This document shows positions 39,500-52,948 of a DNA stretch of 64,000 bases, one piece after another (the first letter of the stretch is position 1; each line of letters starts with the position of its first letter). The notes under the pieces are model-generated. The model was not told the origin of the DNA, ran no database searches, and saw only the letters and a program-made list of their open reading frames with translations. A program made the translations under genes and the position numbers. Source of the DNA: Eledone cirrhosa (Eukaryota); assembly GCA_964016885.1 (NCBI GenBank), contig OZ024742.1:268522001-268586000 (forward strand). Direction: 5' to 3'.

Positions 39500-41800
39500 A
39501 TCTATAACATACTTCTCAGGCGGAATAAATGTGACAAATTGTGACAAGCTGGCGTTCGAATTACATGTTTGGACACTTCAGCTCCCACTTTTTTCTTCTT
39601 TCTTTCTTCTTCACACACCCAGTACACACACAACCTCTACGCCAATTCCTACACTAATTGAACATTTACACTTCACAAATCTACAGAGGTCACGGGATCG
39701 GAATTGCAAAACAATCACCCAACCACTTTCAAAGTCCATCCTCATACGGAGATATCTGCAGTATATGCATCAACAGGCGGAAGAGAGGCCTGAACTGTTA
39801 AACATGTCACAGTGACTATCAGCTCTTTTGTGACCTTGTGAAACATTAAGCCTAAAACGCGCTCGCAATCTCGAGATGCACTAGCTGTCTCTTGTCTTCA
39901 TCTACACAACTGCAGTTCACAACAACATCCCAGGTGACACAGCATTTCTGTCCGACGCCCAACACTGGTTACTCAATATCGCACGGCTCTGACAACCTCA
40001 CAAGCTACTCCTCAAACTCTTTAAAACAGCTCGGATGTCATAGACCGATACACTCACTACATGAATCAACGAAGTCTTGGGCTCCGAACGACACAGCGAC
40101 TTCGAGCAATCATTTTATTTCGCTCCACTCGCAGACGGTCCCTCCAAAACTGGTGCCGATAGAAGCAACCTGTCAACAGTGGCCATGGTTAAGGTGAATA
40201 ATGTGACCTTCAGACAGATGCATAGTGCTAGTGTGTCTGCGCAGGCCACTCTCCGCACGCGAAGTTTATCGTGGGCGGGGCCTCGACTGCCGTCATTTTA
40301 GTCGACTCTGACAACACCGTCCTCTAACCCACCGAGAAGGCCTTGGCTACTCTCAGATTCAAACATACCGAGTCAACTGCGACCCCAACAACTTTACGTG
40401 GTCTCCGTGGAATAAGTCATCTCTGCTCTGAGGTCTCTCCCGGGAAGGAACAGCGGAGGCGACGATGGATTCCAACCCGGCCACATGAAAGACTGTGTGC
40501 CCTCGGTCACCAGCGAAAACAGATGCCGCCTATTGAGCTCCACTGGCTCTCACCAACAGGTACATTCACGAAGAAACTGAGCCGGATCGATTCCTACAGG
40601 GGACTCTTTCTCTTCAGTAATAGTTTTGTCATACACATTCAGCAGTACAACCTGCTACAGCCAAGCATCCTTTCCTTCAGATCTCGATATTTGCATCCGA
40701 CGGGCTGGTGAGGAGAGTTGCAGCGTCCTTTTTGGTGACACCGGATGGCTTCAGGCCACTTGAACCGTCAAATATAGTGGCCTTGGTTTCACTGGCCAGG
40801 CTTGCTTTCCTGTCCGTGACGTCTTGCCATATCCCGACCAACAGTGTTCTCCGCAATACAACGGAACCTTCTGTATTCGAGAAGAACAAGGCGGCCTACG
40901 TGACATCGAACCACTTCGGCTTCTACACTGTGAATGTCCACCCTCTCTCCCTTCCGTAGCCGTCCAGTACCCCACAAAATAAATGTTACACTATCCTTTG
41001 CAACATAGTTTTAAACGATCTGATGTGTCGGCTCGAGAAGCATCGGCTGGTATATTTCTGATCGTTCTCCAAACCCAACAGTGGTGACTTACTCATCGCA
41101 GTTGATTGCATGCAACTGTCTCTCAGCTGGGCGGCGACTGTTTGCGCAGCGGTGTTTCGCTAAGGCTACGTCTCCTCGTTTTTGAGCCTTATATATGCCG
41201 CTGCGGTACCTCGGTGGATCCTTTCGGTCTCCAGGTACTGACATGCTGTTATATTGCTGGCTGCCTTTCATGCTATTCGTGACTCAACGAGATCATAAAG
41301 CATGGGCAGAGTAGCGTAGGCTTTCCTTCCCAGATCTACCTAGCAGGGATGAACCGAGGGAACTGCAACAGGCCACTCAGCATAACGATCTTCCCTTTCC
41401 GCGTGGCTAGGCACGGCAGCTGGGATGCTACATGATGTGACACCTTCTCCTGTGGCAACCTGGTGCTTTCCGCTACCAGTCCAAGCTCTGCTGTCCGCCA
41501 GGCCGAAGAGGACAAACTATCGAAGTGTCAGCCACTTCTGATAGGTCTGTAGTAGTAACTTCAGCTGTGGAGACTTCCGGCGTTGCTGGATCCCGGACCA
41601 CATTCCTTCGCACTGCTATCGGAGTGGAGTTAGCTTCCCACAGATGCGAGCTCCACGGGTCTCCCTCACCCACCTCCGGTGTAGTGTAATCTTCATCTTG
41701 TGGGTGGCGTCCCGGTGTGCAGATAAGTTAGTTGGAGGTGGAGGATAGTCGTTCGGACGTCACACATTTATAACGTACATACACGTTATGAAAAATAAAT
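39500..41800 (+). mobile_element. Decayed CRE-clade RLE non-LTR element with the RT core deleted
   Basis: KALATLRFKH, SLPGRNSGGDDGFQPGHMKD, GWLQAT*TVKYSGLGF, LRLRLLVFEPYICRCGTSVDPFG, WDAT*CDTF, AEEDKLSK and AVETSGV match the CRE-type RT-flank, zinc-finger and RLE pattern. 5' boundary approximate. Confidence 0.8.
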
Positions 41801-42439
41801 TTTACTCTCATTTTTGTTTTATTTATTTCCTATTTCTCTGGTTTCGAATTCCATTTTGCTCGTTAGTTGCTTCGTTATTGTGTCTTGTGTTTACTATTAT
41901 ATTCTCTTTTTCGTCACTAACACCAGTAGAATTATCTTACAGATTTCTATCTATTGAAGAATTCATCGTTTCTTATTTAACTTTTTCACAGGTTCATAAG
42001 AACCCGAACGTGCAAGTAAGCCGGATTTGTTCAAAAGATTTGTTCAAAAGTCCATTAAATTTTAAACCAGGATTTGTTCAAAAGTCTATTAAATTTTAAA
42101 CCATGATAATACTTCAATTTTTTTTAATAATTAAGAGACGCATAATAATCAGGTCCCTATATTTATTCTTTGTGAATATGGGCATTACCGAGAACTTAAA
42201 ATCTTTGCCTTGCACTCGCCTTGTCTGTGGTCTAATTTCCTTCAGTTATATTCTATCGTTTGCCCATACATTTGTCCTAGCTCGGCCCAAAACTCATGAG
42301 TGTTATTAGGGTTACGGAAACTGTGGAGAAAAATATATTAATATCACGTATGATTTCTTTGAAAATAAATAAATTAGAAGTCATTTAATAAATCATGGGA
42401 GCATTTCAAATAGGTGTATGTTTACTTCGTAGAACACGA

Positions 42440-43027
42440 AAATACATATGTAAGCGTTAAAGAGGACTTGATGTAGAAGGGTGTGCAGGATCGATGGACA
42501 GCCTCTTGATAGAGTGCGTAGCTCGCAGATCAGAGAGCAAAGGCAGTTTGGGCCTCTACTTTTCCGAATTGAGGGATCTCTATTCCAATATCAAAAGAAT
42601 GTGGAAGGAAATACTGGACTGATTTTACAGGCAAAACCAATCGACAGGTGACTCAAGTGGAGACTCCGAGCGGAATGGCTGGATATCACCTGTGAGCTCG
42701 GTTGATCACGTTTGGGGATCCAGCCGGATCAACTGGAGACGGCTGCTTCTGACAGGATGTGCTGGAAGGTATGGTTAATGACTGCCCACGAGACTCCCCA
42801 GAAAGAAGAAGAAGAAGAAGAAGAAGAAGAAGAAGAAGAAGAAGAAGAAGAAGAAGAAGAAGAAGAAGAAGAAGAAGAAGAAGAAGAAGAAGAAGAAGAA
42901 GAAGAAGAAGAAGAAGAAGAAGAAGAAGAAGAAGAAGACGAAGACGAAGAAGAAGAAGAAGAAGAAGAAGAAGAAGAAGAAGAAGAAGAAGAAGAAGAAG
43001 AAGAAGAAGAAGAAGAAGAAGAAGAAG
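42440..43027 (+). mobile_element. RTE-clade LINE 3' end with a long (GAA)n tail (42801-43027)
   Basis: DRVRSSQIRE...PLLFRIEGS...WLD...RLGIQPDQLETAASDRMCW resembles the RTE/Expander C-terminus. Confidence 0.72.
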
Positions 43028-43150
43028 CTGATGTAGTAGCACCTAATAAATGCAAGAAGAGAGTGGAAAAGGAACTTGAAAAGGAATGGAAAATATATAT
43101 ATATATGCATGGGAAATGCATTAGAAATAAATTAGGTATTGATTGGATGT
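43028..43150 (+). mobile_element. Fragment of R4/Dong family C
   Basis: Matches 391-505 (ctgatgtagtagcacctaata...gaaaaggaatgga). Confidence 0.75.
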
Positions 43151-43249
43151 GTTGTTTTTAATATGAATTTGAAATTTAATCTGGAGTTCAGTCTCAATGT
43201 ATGGAACATAGTTTTGAATGCAATGTTCTAGGTAGTTATATATTTTCAG

Positions 43250-43620
43250 GTTTATGCCTGATACAAATCAATTAAATTGATTTGTTACGGGAATAGAATC
43301 CATGTTGTAAACTTCGCTCGTCAAGCTGATTCAATTGTTCTAAATAATCACATTTTCCTGGGATATTAGGCAGATGTTCAATGGATCTGGTTTTGCTTGA
43401 TTTGTATAAGAGGGAAATGATACCGATTTTCAAAGATTTCCCGGCGGTATTAGCGAATGATGTGATTTTATGAAGGATCTTAAAGGCGAGAGAGAATTAG
43501 ACTGCTTTGAATGAGAAAGCAAAAGCGCCTAATGAATCCCCGGTTTACGTTGTGATTAATTCAATATCTTTTCAGTGATTGATTTATTTCATTCGATTGT
43601 CTATGTTATCCATTTGTCCA
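43250..43620 (-). pseudogene. Possible CR1/L2 RT C-terminal fragment
   Basis: Minus strand ISLLYKS...TRSIEHL...DYLEQLNQLDERSL; weak match. Confidence 0.35.
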
Positions 43621-44261
43621 ATACGTATTTCAACTCACCATTTCTATACATAATCTTCTCACAGAAGAATAAATGGTGAACTAATGTTCGGTAAGAACTT
43701 TCAATTGTTCTGTACTATTCTCTTAGTGGAAAATGTCAAGAACAATTCCATATATCTACAGGCATGATATGCTGAAATAATTCATTGTTCTGATTAATAA
43801 TAGTAACTAAGTTATGAAGAATTAATCGTAATCTATCTGCATCTAAGTAATGTTGTATTGAAATGGAATTTAAATAAAAAAAGATTAAGAAACATAAACG
43901 ATCGAGACTAGTAATAAAATACATCAATTACAGGAAGAATGTAAACTGATTGACTGAGAAATTATCTGACGAACAAATATGTTACTTATTGAAGTGGAAG
44001 TTATATTTCTACCAATGAAAAATACGTAGTTTACTTTGACCATGAGATAGCTAGATTGATGAATGAATAGTTAGATATGGAGAGAGAAAGAGAGAGAGAG
44101 TGAGAGTGAGCGAGAGAGAGATAGTGGAGGAGAGTGGAGGGAGGTGTCTGAAGCTATGTGGTGTAATGATTAATGCTCTGAGAAGGATAAATATTGATAG
44201 GAGGTACATGAGAGAGCGCCGCTCAGATTCCACACACGTAAGTAAATGGATATTAATAGAT

Positions 44262-44445
44262 AATTGTTTCTACTTTAAGCACAAGGCCAGCAATTACACA
44301 GTGCATTACTGGTACTTTATTTTATCGACCCCGTAAGGATGAAAGGCAAAGTCAACCTCGGCGGGATTTGAACTCAGATCGTAAAGGGACTTAACTATGC
44401 TGGAAAGCATGGCGTCCGACCCTCTACCGATACTGCCAATCCACC
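44262..44445 (-). mobile_element. tRNA-SINE
   Basis: Full copy with A box (tggcagtatcgg) and B box (gttcaaatcc) on the minus strand. Confidence 0.92.
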
Positions 44446-44502
44446 AATACTTCGTAATCTATACACAAGCAGACGCACGAACACACACATATAAACAAAT
44501 AT

Positions 44503-46650
44503 ATTATTATTATTAATACTAATATTATTATTCATGGAGTTTCAGTCAGTCGTTGTTATTTAACTGGAAAGTTTGTCCAAATGAACATCTAACCGCCACC
44601 TGCACCCTGAGGTATTCAGGACGTATTAGAGGGTTCTTGCTGTTCCCAGCAAGCATGCCTGTTGAAGTATTCCAAAAAAAGGTGGCTGGACTAATGTTCT
44701 TTAACAATTCATGAAAACTGCTAGACAATCGGGACGAGCTTGATCTCATGAGAGCCCCAACACCTTATTTATTTCCAATTTCAATCCTGGTATCGGTTAA
44801 TTTTCTCCTCCTCCTTTTCTTGCACTTGTGTCGAAGAGGGAGGCTACATTTACAATCAGCACGATCTTTTTTCCTTGTCAAAAATCACCAGGTCAGGCCT
44901 ATTGTGTTCTAATTTCTTGTCTGTCTGTATCATCTCATACCATTTCTCAGAATGTGGTAAATTACTTAGTCTGCATAAATTCCAGTGAATCACCTTTGCT
45001 TTTATATCTTGTCTCTAGCCTTTATAGTGAGTCTGGGCGAGGTGTTTACACTCGGATACAATGTGAGCCAGTCCCCCCTCTCTCTCCACAGACACTACAC
45101 AGTGAGCTAGCCTCCTCCTTGTCAATAACATGTTTCACCCACTTTGTTCAGAAGGCGTGTTCTCCTGAAGCGATTAGCATTCTTTTGTAGCTTTTTAAGG
45201 TCCCCTCTTTTTAACCAGCTCCGTGCCTGTGGATCTCTGTATTCTGTTAAAAAAGGTGCTATGAAGGGATTTTTTATGAAGTTTGCTTTCCTCTTTGTTG
45301 TTACTTCCTCCTTGGACATCCTCTAGTCTATTATCTTCTCCTCCAGTACCGATTTTAGAGCCAGCTTCTTAATCTCACACACATATTTGTGCAGACTGCT
45401 CTTCTCCATCTGAACACAGTCCTTTACGCTGAAAATATATATTTCACCTTCAGATCTCTTTAAGTAGTGGCTATCAACATAACTCCTCTTGTGGATATGC
45501 AGTAGGTAGTCATTAGCTTCCTAGAGTTTCTATCCATTTCTTTTTGTTCACTAAAATTCCATTTCAAAGTTCCGCCCTGTACATAATAATAGATACAGCT
45601 CGTGAATAATTTACCGTACTTATGACATTCCTACTATTTAGATGTGATTTTAGTATAATCCTTACTCTCCTTATATTCCTTCATGTCTGTTTGTTCTTGA
45701 TATCATCCGCCTCCAGAACGCCCAAATATTTGTATCCCTCTTCAGTGTCGATTTTCTTTATCATCCCACCTGTTGGCACCTAGATTATGTTGCTTCTGTT
45801 CAATTTACTCCTCCTCACCACTAGGACTCCGCACTTATTAACACCAAATTCCATACATTGCTGAAAATACGGACAGTGTTACTAAGTACATCCAACACCT
45901 TCACGCTTTTCCCAAAGAGTTTTATATCGTCCATGAAGGGGAGGTGGTTGATGGTAAGCTCTCCTCTTCCCAGCTTGTATCCTGCTTTCCTTTTTTGCAA
46001 TATGAGAGGCACTGTTATGAGGGTAAGGACAAACAACAAAGGGAACAAACTATCTCCTTGTAAGACATCTGTCTTGATCTTCATTCCTGCAAATGTTTCT
46101 CCACAAGCTCTGTTTCCCAAGACTTCATAGATTTACTTAATAGCTGTCTGGAGTCATCTGTCACCTTGAAGATCTTTAGGCTTTTGGTTATCCAAGAATG
46201 AGATACCATGTCGAATGCCTTCTTGTAGTCTATCCATCCCATGGCAAGGCCAGTATTCCTCCTCTAGCAATTCCTCATTACCATATTATCAATAAGTAAC
46301 TGGTCTTTTGTACCACGGGACTTCTTTCGGCATCATTTATTTTCGTCTGGTAATAAGTTGTTTATGCAGAGGTTTATGCTTGTTAACAGTTTCCACATTA
46401 CGGACAGACATGTGATCAGCCTTAAGGTAGCCTCATTACCCTTCATTGGTCTTTCATTAACAGAACTGTGGTACTTATTGTCAACCACTCTGGTATTCAC
46501 CCAACACCAAGCAGTCATTCAACATGGCTGTCAGTTCTGGGTGGAGGGGTGTTTAATTTGTTATCCAATATCGTTGCACACCATCTGGGCCTGGTGATTT
46601 CCTGCTGGTTAGTTTATTGGCCAGCTTTTTAAGTTTTATCTGTGAGACTG
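44503..46650 (-). mobile_element. Older family B R4/Dong copy
   Basis: Minus-strand ORF pieces VLQGDSLFPLLF, FMDDIKLFGK, SWLKRGDLKK. The 3' UTR matches 5640-5730 and there is a TAA-like tail. Confidence 0.9.
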
Positions 46651-46652
46651 AA

Positions 46653-46719
<67 letters not shown>

Positions 46720-46723
<4 letters not shown>

Positions 46724-47270
46724 GGGGGGGATATATGGTAATATATGGGAATAACAATAATAATAACTTTAATACGAATAATAGTAGAACACCTTTAGAT
46801 AATAATAAACATAATATGAATAGTTTAGGGTATAGATATAACATCGAGAAGAAATGTAACTGTAGAAGGAAGTCAGAATGTCCCTTACAAAATAACTGCC
46901 TTGACAAGAATCTACGATATAAAAGCACCGTTAAGACAAATATACAACTACGTTGGTGCGAATTCATCTGAGTTTAAACTTCATTGGTACAATCATAAAC
47001 ATTCCTTTTCGAAACCAGACAAAACATCTTCAACTTCACTCTCACAATTAATATGGCCTTTGAAGGACAAGAATATTAAATACTCCATCTCTTGGACATG
47101 GCTAAAAAATGCCAATTCCTATCGGAACGCTTCCATTTCGCCATATTGCAATCTTTGCAATCTTGAGACTCTATTGATAATTACAAATTATGACAATTTA
47201 ATTAACAAGAATTATTTAGCAGCTGCCAACATAGAGCCGCTAAAACATTCCAAGCATTATACAAGTTTCG
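46720..47270 (+). pseudogene. Penelope-like GIY-YIG fragment starting at a (TA)n array
   Basis: CNCRRKSECPLQNNCL...YKSTV, YVGANSSEFKLHWYNHKHSF...TSLSQLIW...CNLCNLE. Confidence 0.88.
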
Positions 47271-49427
47271 AAAGAATATTGAGAATTAATGATATTTATA
47301 ATAATTTTTATAAATATATTTATATTTATAATTGTTGCCTTACCGGAGTAATAATGCATTAATGTTTTATCTATTATAATAATTTCATTATGAGTCTCTG
47401 TATCCTAAGTTTTTGATCAGGACAGTTCAATATTTAACTTGAAAATTGTTGATTTATGGTTTAGAAATATCACTTGATTTCAGAGTAGCTATATTGTTTA
47501 ATGCTCACATATGGTGAACGAGTTATCTTCCTTTTGTTTACATCTTCGTAAGTATTTTTATTATGTTTGAATAGCTTGCTATGTTAATTTTCGACATGAA
47601 TTATATAGTTGAGCAATATAAGAATTTCTTTAAAAGGAAACTGTAATAATTTGTAATTACCGAAGTAAATATAAATTAACGAAATAAAAAATTTGATAGT
47701 AAATATAACTAAAATTTAATCCTGTAATTATATGATAATTAAAGATTTGAAAGATTTTATAAAATTGTTATATGCATGTATTTTAATATATATTTTAATA
47801 CAGGTTTAATAATTATATAAATATGCATTAAAGATGAATTTTTTTAAATTGTAACAAAATACTTATGGAATATATTACCTACACCAGGAATTAAAATGTA
47901 TAATGAATTAAATTAAGTTATATAACTGTTTAATTAAATAAATACGTGAACGCTATTAAAAGTAATGTATATTGATTAATGTTGATATATTATATTAGTT
48001 AACCATAACCATAACCAAATACTAGATATATTCAATGGTCTATGGTAACTGATTGGTTGCCTCAATTGACCTAATATTTGAAAACAACGGTTTTTCTACA
48101 TATTCCCCCACCCCCATAATCTATTTTGTCGATATTTCTTCTTTCTTTCTTCTTTTTCTTCTTGTTTATATACATTTCTTCATCTTTTTCACCCATCTAT
48201 ATATTCATTGATATATGTTTTTTTTTTTTCTTTTTCTCTTTCTTATATTTTTTTGCAAATCCTCTTCTTTACATACTCTCGTATAACTCTAATTTGCTCC
48301 ACGCAGTTAGTATGGATGTGAACACTGAGAGATAAAAGAATATATGATGAGATGCTAAGTGGATGAAATTTGGTGGCATAACTAAAACAAAAATTAGTTG
48401 CATTCCTGTGACCGAACACTTGGCTGCGTTTATGATCGTTGTAGCTGTGTTTGTAGTGGTTTCTTTTAAACGCTTTTGGGTTTATAATATCAGTTCGGAA
48501 TAATTGTCTTTCTTGGCTGCGAAAATCAATGTCAAAGAAGAGAATGTTTCAACGTGTCCTGATATGTCTCATCGTTTAGAGTATGTTTCCACTTTCTAAT
48601 GAAATGGGCTGCCAAATTTCGTTTGTTTACTGCGTCGCCGTCTTCAGCAAATACTTAGCTCACTATGTTACTTGACGTGAAGCTGTGGAATATGAAGGAA
48701 ATAGACATTTGCTATGACTACATATCATATCATTTTGAAAGGATTCTATTAAAATAACAACCATGTTTTCACGTAGTATCTGCACTCGAATCGTTCATAG
48801 AAAAAGTGTTTATGGGTGTATAATATATAGCAACAATGATTGGACACATTTTCCTAACATCAAACAAATATATATTGCTACTTCAAATATTTTCTAATTA
48901 CAAAAGATTACATTTTCAAAGTCAGAAAGTTTGAATTCCTTTATAAGGAAACGATAAAACACATAGAATGCAATAAGATGCACGTTAAATTCATAGCAGT
49001 CAAATAAAGAAACGTTCAGAATCGATAATCAAAGGCGTAAATAAAATTAGAACGATGCATAATTTCAGAGGTTTCATTTTCTTGTATTTTAAATTTCCAC
49101 GGAAAAGTGAAATGCAGGAGAAACAGAAATAAAATGCAAATGTTGATTATACAATAGAGCGAAATTAAATAAAAGCAATTTAAAAATTGCAAAGCGCACA
49201 AAATGAAGATAAGAAAGGATGTCACGCTAATATATTTATATCAGTGGAAAGCCAGTTATTTATGTATATTGTAGTAATTATATATATATATATATGCAAA
49301 AGTTCTATTTAAAATTGTTGGGATACAACAAGTAAGTATTTTTATAACTGATATAAAGCACTCGACAAGTTTTTGGAGTAGATATACGATATTAATAAAT
49401 GGAAACTATATTTATAAAACCATATTT

Positions 49428-49490
49428 ATTTCATTATACACATTTCAGGGATACCACATTAAATTATGGTATGCCTTCATCAGACAAAAT
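49428..49490 (-). ncRNA. Type I hammerhead, inverted pLTR copy
   Basis: Minus strand: attttgt-CTGATGA-agg-c-atacca...tggtat-c-cct-GAAA-tgtgta-TA-atgaaat. Confidence 0.78.
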
Positions 49491-52312
49491 ACAATATATA
49501 ACAGTTTTACAAATGGCTTTGACGTACCCTTTTAAAATACAACCATTAGTTTTGGAGGCTGTTTGGATAGTGATTTGTTTACATTCTTTTAATAAGTCAT
49601 AGTGTTAAGCACAATTAGAAAAAGACGGAGAGAAAGAAAAAGAAAAAGACGTAGAGAGAGAAAAAGAGAGAGAAAAGAACAAAGACGGAGAGAGAGAAAG
49701 AAAAAGAAAGAAACCCTGGAGAAATATCTCAGAGAGAGAGAAATGTATGGAGAAAAGAAAGAGATAAATACAGATAGGAGGAAATAAAAAGGTAGAAATA
49801 AAAAGGTAGAGCTGGATATAGAAATAAAATTAAATACATCGATAATAATAATAATAAGCAAACTAACCAAAATATTAACAATTTCAATTACGGTAACAAC
49901 TTTAACAACTATAGTAGAAAACATTACAATAATTCCAAAAGCAGAAAAAGAAATAGAACTAGAAATATATTATGGTTTGCTCCTCCCTTCTCTCTAAATA
50001 TTAAAATCCCTATTGCTAAACTATTATTTAAAGCTCTTGACACACGCTTCCCTAGAACACATAAATATTACTCAATTTTTAATAGACACACTATAAAATT
50101 AACTTACTCGTCCACCAAAGATTTAGCACAAAATATTAATAGAATTAATAATAGGAATTTAAAACCTAACCAAAATACCAATAATAATCCAAACAATATT
50201 CAATTAAATAACTGTAACTGTAGATATAAATCTAACTGTCCGTTAAATAACAACTGCTTAGCTAAAAATGTAGTGTACAATAGTAATGTTAAAACTAATT
50301 TAAATTCATTTAAATATGTTGGTTCCACCTCTACAGAATTTAAATTTCGCTTCAATAATCATAAGAATTCTTTCACAGATCCAAACAAAAAATCTCCAAC
50401 TTCGCTATCTAGCCTACTATGGGACCTAAAGGAGATAATATTAAATATTCGATGAATTAGAATATTATTTCAAAAGCTACTCCTTTTAATTCCTCTTCAG
50501 AGATTTGTGGTCTTTGTATTGAAGAAATATTCTTTATATTAAAGTCCAAAAATTCCCTTAATCTAAGGAACAATTTATTCAGTTGCTGTAGACATAGATT
50601 GAACTCAACGTTTAAATATAAATATGAATTTAAAATGTAGTATAATTAATTAAGCAATTTTAGTTAATATATGGAACCTGTCGATAAATCATTAGATTAT
50701 TTTACCTTTTTCTTTTTAAACTTTCTTCGTAAATATAAACAAGGATATAATAGACTACTCTAAAATGTCTATACTTCCAATGTATTAAATAAAATATACG
50801 TAAGGTAAATGTCTATACTAAATATAAGGTTATCTGTAGAATCATTGGGTTTTTTAAATCTTTTAAATTATTTTTATTTATTTGTTTTGATTATGATAGC
50901 TTCTCATAACTTTCATAAGTCTACCCTTTCAATATCTTGATTGAGATATACGTAGGATACATTTCTATACTAAATATATAAAACATATATTATTTTAACT
51001 TAAGATACTCTATAGTATAAGATATTTAATGCTTTGATATTTCTAGATTTCTTTTGTCTATATTGATATAGTTACAATTCCAAAATATATTCCTTTGGTA
51101 TTTTAAATTTATATTGTTATGGTTATATTTACAAGTTATAATCCTTTAGTAATATATTGATATTGGATTATCTCTATACAAATGCATATGTGTATATTAG
51201 CATGCGTAAAAAGTGTTATGGGTTTTTTTGTGTCTATATATGTCTGTATATATACATGAGTGATGCGTGACGACGCACCCAAATATTTATTTATACATAT
51301 GTGTGTGTATATACGTATGTGTATATGTCTATCTAGTTGAGAGGTATGTTGGAGATATGCATAATATTAAGCACATGAATGGTAATCGTATATATGAGGA
51401 CTTGAATGTTAATCGTATATATTTGTATATATATACTGTGAACTTTTTATAACACAAGGAATGTATAGCAGCGATTAAGAGAAATCATTTACGTTTTGTA
51501 TGGCTATATTGTTGGCTTGAGTAAACATAATTTCTATTTTCAGGACATGCGTATCTATGTATATATATATATATACATATATATTTGTATGTCTTTGCAT
51601 AAAATACTGATCTCTATAGCAAGGGTACATTTTGAACTCAGATTTTGGTATATTGATCTCAAGTTTCTAAACTAAACATATAGTCATTATTGAACAATGT
51701 TTAATTTCTCATATTATATATCTATGTCCCATTCATGAATATTGATACTTATATTTTTATTATTCATTTCATATAAATTGTTAACTCAACTTAATATGAC
51801 ATGACGTAACATTTTCATTGCCCCCCCCCCCCTCCTCTCTCTATATAGTATTTGTCTCTCTTGAGTGTTTCTCTCTCTGTATGATGACTTGATATCCCTC
51901 TGTTGCTTTCCTGTTTTTCTTATTTCTTCCTTTTCTTTCTTTTTTCTTTTTTCTTTTTATTTTTAATTTTTTATTTATTTGTTTAATTTTTTTTTTTTTT
52001 TAATGTTTTTATTTTTTTTTCCTCCTATCTGTATTTATCTCTTTCTTTTCTTCATACATTTCTCTCTCTCTCCGATATTTCTCCAGGGTTTCTTTCTCTT
52101 GCTTTCTCTCTCTCCGTCTTTGTTCTTTTCTCTCTCTTTTTCTCTCTCTCCGACTTTTTTCTTTTTCTTTCTCTCCGTCTTTTTCTAATTGTGCTTAACA
52201 CTATGACTTATTAAAACAATGTAAACAAATCACTATCCAGACAGCCTCCAAAACTAATGGTTGTATTTTAAAAGGGTACGTCAAAGCTATTTGTAAAACT
52301 GTTATATATTGT

Positions 52313-52375
52313 ATTTTCTCTGATGAAGACATATCATAATTTAATGTGGTATCCCTGAAATATGTATAATGAAAT
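52313..52375 (+). ncRNA. Type I hammerhead
   Basis: attttct-CTGATGA-aga...ccct-GAAA-tatgta-TA-atgaaat, overlapping aataaa. Confidence 0.72.
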
Positions 52376-52459
52376 AAATATGGTTTTATAAATATAGTTT
52401 CCACATATTAATATCGTATATATATATATATATATATAGACCGTATTAGTAACCATTTC

Positions 52460-52548
52460 ATCTCTCGGACAAATTAGAGATTTAATCTGTTTCGCCCTGA
52501 ACATTGTGTTTGTAACATATAATCCGTATACTTTCCTCAGCGAGAGAT
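52460..52548 (-). ncRNA. Hammerhead with 8-bp stem I and 7-bp stem III but unpaired stem II
   Basis: Minus strand: atctctcg-CTGAGGA-N40-GAAA-cagatta-aatctc-taatttg-TC-cgagagat. Confidence 0.72.
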
Positions 52549-52781
52549 AGATCAAATTAAACAAAACACATCTAACAACAACTCACAGGAGTAAATATTA
52601 TACCTCGTGGGTTGCAAGCTATACTGGGTGCGAGTGGTTATGCTAGAAATAATAGCCTAATTACACTCAACTTATAAGCTCACCTAGTTTGGGAACCGAA
52701 ATACAAATAAAATACAGAGTTATTAACTCATATTAATACACTGTTTAATTGTATTAGACCAATAATAATAATAATGATAAT

Positions 52782-52891
52782 AATTATTTCAACTTTAGGC
52801 ACAAGGCCAGCACTTACCCAGTGCATTACTGGTACTTTATTTTATCGACCCCGTAAGGATGAAAGGAAAGTCAACCTCGGCGGGATTTGAA
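52782..52891 (-). mobile_element. 5'-truncated tRNA-SINE
   Basis: Core and tail only; ends at the (TAA)n run of the adjacent LINE. Confidence 0.88.
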
Positions 52892-52899
52892 TAATAATG

Positions 52900-52948
<49 letters not shown>

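Larger units (their letters stand above)
49295..52422 (+). mobile_element. Penelope-like element with inverted pLTRs in TA arrays
   Basis: Inverted repeat 49383-49786 vs 52018-52422. 49940-50620 encodes RNILWFAPPFS...CNCRYKSNCPLNNNCL...YVGSTSTEFKFRFNNHKNSF...CGLCIEE...CCRHR. Confidence 0.92.

Noticed and set aside
42686-43161. Poly-E/L/S/R/F ORFs
   Set aside because: Artefacts of the (GAA)n array.
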